DNA from: Antedon mediterranea
Lineage: Eukaryota; Animalia; Echinodermata
Length of the DNA: 64,000 nt
Direction: 5' to 3'
Assembly (NCBI RefSeq): GCF_964355755.1
Contig: NC_092673.1
Location: 1,550,001-1,614,000 of the forward strand
Shown: positions 63,509 to 64,000 of the stretch, in pieces
Numbering within the stretch: the first letter of the stretch is position 1
How the letters are laid out: every line of letters starts with the position of its first letter
Translations under genes and position numbers: made by a program
Notes under the pieces: model-generated
What the model was told of the DNA's origin: nothing
Seen by the model: the letters and a program-made list of their open reading frames with translations, nothing else
Database searches by the model: none

Positions 63509-64000
63509 ATACAGATATTAATCTTTAAAAAACACATTAAAATTAGAAGCACTTTTAATTTAAAAATATACATCTTAAACAGATTATAATAAACACATAG
63601 AATGATTGGTAAAAATAAACATTAAATAATACAAACAAACTAATTATGCTCTATTAATATATAGTATAGATAATATAGTAAACTATAATTCTCTATGATT
63701 AACATTATTAATTACTTTCTGTGTATATAAGTACATATAAGTACATATAAGTACATATAAGTACAATTTTAAGAAAACTTAGCCTACATATAAAGTGCCA
63801 AATAGTAAAATTCATTATTGATATTTTTAAGGTTTGTCTCATTTGGTAAATATATGTATTACAGTGTTAGCACCTCTTGTGATCAACATTTAAACCTACC
63901 CTTTGTATTTCAACTTTCATTACAAACATTATATTCATAAAACTATACATTAATATTGCATTCTATCCTAATGTAAGAAGATGTCCATAAGTATTACAAG

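Overview
AT-rich, intron-rich animal genomic DNA, not prokaryotic. It is probably a marine invertebrate; a deuterostome such as an echinoderm is a guess only. Four spliced genes can be rebuilt with consistent GT-AG sites and phases. On + is an RNF38/RNF44-type RING-H2 E3 ligase (8 coding exons, 16294-31063; first exon uncertain). On - is a compact tandem cluster: a CD39/ENTPD1-2-3-8-type apyrase (9 exons), the CatSper Ca2+ sensor EFCAB9 (4 exons) and HOGA1 (7 exons). Introns carry a CORE-SINE, several MITE families, two ~1.58 kb Helentron/DINE-like elements and many minisatellites; most long ORFs in the track are repeat artefacts. The most notable observations are: (1) EFCAB9 intron 3 is a ~2 kb, 30-nt satellite seeded by duplication of the splice donor, with the GT lost in nearly all copies. 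(2) This EFCAB9 ends in a CaaX box. (3) The two Helentron-like elements share structure but have different, co-varied subterminal repeats. (4) EFCAB9 and HOGA1 are very tightly spaced and share an upstream motif. No CRISPR array or clearly new multi-gene system is supported. All family assignments rest on recalled sequence knowledge, not database searches.
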